The position numbers were made by a program, and so were the translations under genes. Below the pieces are notes generated by a model. It had not been told where the DNA came from. It searched no databases and saw only the letters and a list, made by a program, of their open reading frames with translations. A DNA stretch of 63,686 nucleotides, counting the filler, from Gonapodya sp. JEL0774 (lineage: Eukaryota): the NCBI GenBank assembly GCA_027604505.1. It is 46 parts of 46 records of this genome, joined end to end, with 100 filler letters (N's around TTAATTAATTAA, not from the genome) between each part and the next. Parts side by side here need not be neighbours in the genome. Positions count along the whole stretch, not along the records: positions 62,411 to 63,686 come from JADIIX010003451.1; 45 more parts are not named here. One strand, written 5' to 3'. Below are positions 62,411-63,686 of the stretch, piece by piece. Position 1 is the first letter of the stretch. Every line of letters begins with the position of its first letter.

Positions 62411-63686
62411 CGCGGGACTGTCGGAGCTGGGCGGAGATGTCGGAGACGCTTTCTTCGAGATGGTGGATGCGGCGGTCGAGCTTGTCAAATGCCGCTTGCT
62501 TGGACTGCACTTGTACATTAAGGTCTTGGATAGTTCCCTCTGAGTGCGCTCGCTCGTGTTGAAGGATCTGGATAAGATGTACATTGCCTTGGATCAAAAA
62601 CTATGGAGTACCTGGCGCTGTCTTCTCGGGAAAATTCACCGCCTTTAGTCTTTCCACCTCGTTTTCCATCTCGCTCTTCTGATGCTGGAGATCCAAAACT
62701 ACCTTGCTTTGTCTGTCGATCTCGCGATACACGGTGTTGAACTCGTTTGTGTACTTTCCCAAACGCGTGTTCTGTTGGCAATTCATTTTGTTGAAGAGCA
62801 CACACTAGCGATAGTGGATTTCCCAATAAACAACTCACTTGCTCAGTTGCAATCTTTCCAAGAGATTCCATGCCCTTGACGAGTGTTTTCCATATGTCGA
62901 GGAGTTGATCGTTACTGTGGCTTATCGCGCGTACTTGCCCACTGATCCGCAACAACCGATCGTCCTCGTACGTCTCGACGAAATCATCATATTCGGCTGT
63001 TGCAATAATCTCATTGTAGTTACTCGTTGCGTCAAGTCTTTCCGCGATATTCTCCCCCTGTGTGGAGTTCGCTGAATTTTCTGCTTCTGCGAGCCTTCGA
63101 GACAGATCAGCCACCCGCCCTTGAAGCTCGACCACTTTCTCTGAATCTCCGGTCTCTTGAAAGAGTTTTAGATCCAATATCTGCTGCTCGAGTTCCTCCG
63201 CCTTGCTCGCTGCCATGGTGCTCTCCAGGGCACCCTCCTGAACCAACAGGAGTTCCCCACGTAGCCTATGGGATTCCTCTTCCAAGCGACTGTTCTCGAC
63301 TATTAAGTCGGAGATGATTTGCTCCAGTGCGGCGACCTCTTTGTTCACGTTGTTTGCATCGACGGAGCCCGGGACCAATGCTTTATCTTCAATCGCCTCC
63401 CCCACTCCGTTCTCGTCGAATTTCCGGCTCGCGATACGCTTCTTTAAGCTAAAAACTTCTTGGTTCTTGCTCTCGAGCTCTTTTATTGCCCTTCCCAACT
63501 CGGCCTTCATTTTCCGCAACTCCGGCTGTGTGTCGATGACCGCATTCGACTGAGTGAGCACTTGGTTTCGAGTAGCTTCGAGGGATTTCCGAAGCTCTAA
63601 AATGGTGCCTGCGTCCCGTCGATGCTGGTCAAGTGCCGATTTCAGCATGGCAGGAAGTCTCGAGAGGGTGACGTCATTGACCTTGT
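62411..63686 (-). CDS. Long coiled-coil protein, internal fragment
   Basis: Heptad-rich E/K/L/Q exons spanning the contig; no specific family recognised. Confidence 0.7.

Overview
This window is not contiguous DNA. It is 46 short contigs sorted by size (1299 down to 1276 bp), joined by 45 identical artificial 100-bp linkers (44 N + TTAATTAATTAA + 44 N), so neighbourhood across a linker means nothing and almost every gene is truncated. The contigs come from an intron-rich eukaryote (short GT-AG introns, micro-exons down to 5 nt). Fungal-type housekeeping genes together with an axonemal gene (CFAP47), a vinculin-like gene and a class-A-like GPCR suggest a zoosporic fungus (chytrid sensu lato); this is inference. 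Housekeeping fragments: POL2, CFIm25, RAD54, CCT7, VPS18, TDP1, UVDE, PARP, DENR/TMA22, TCTP, RAB11, NDUFAF5, myotubularin, a Nim1/BRSK kinase, transporters and metabolic enzymes. Mobile elements: a DIRS/Ngaro-type tyrosine-recombinase element, an intact copia pol fragment and a decayed LINE RT. Most notable: (1) a bacterial TfdB-like chlorophenol monooxygenase carrying spliceosomal introns; (2) a rhodopsin-like GPCR; (3) a vinculin homologue; (4) an intact but nearly CpG-free CFAP47 segment; (5) an intronless bacterial-looking RluA 79 bp head-to-head with TCTP; (6) a stand-alone actinobacterial-sensor-like membrane protein; (7) a head-to-head pair of F-box-like paralogues. No multi-gene system can be established from 1.3-kb pieces. 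All protein identities come from motif recognition, not database searches.
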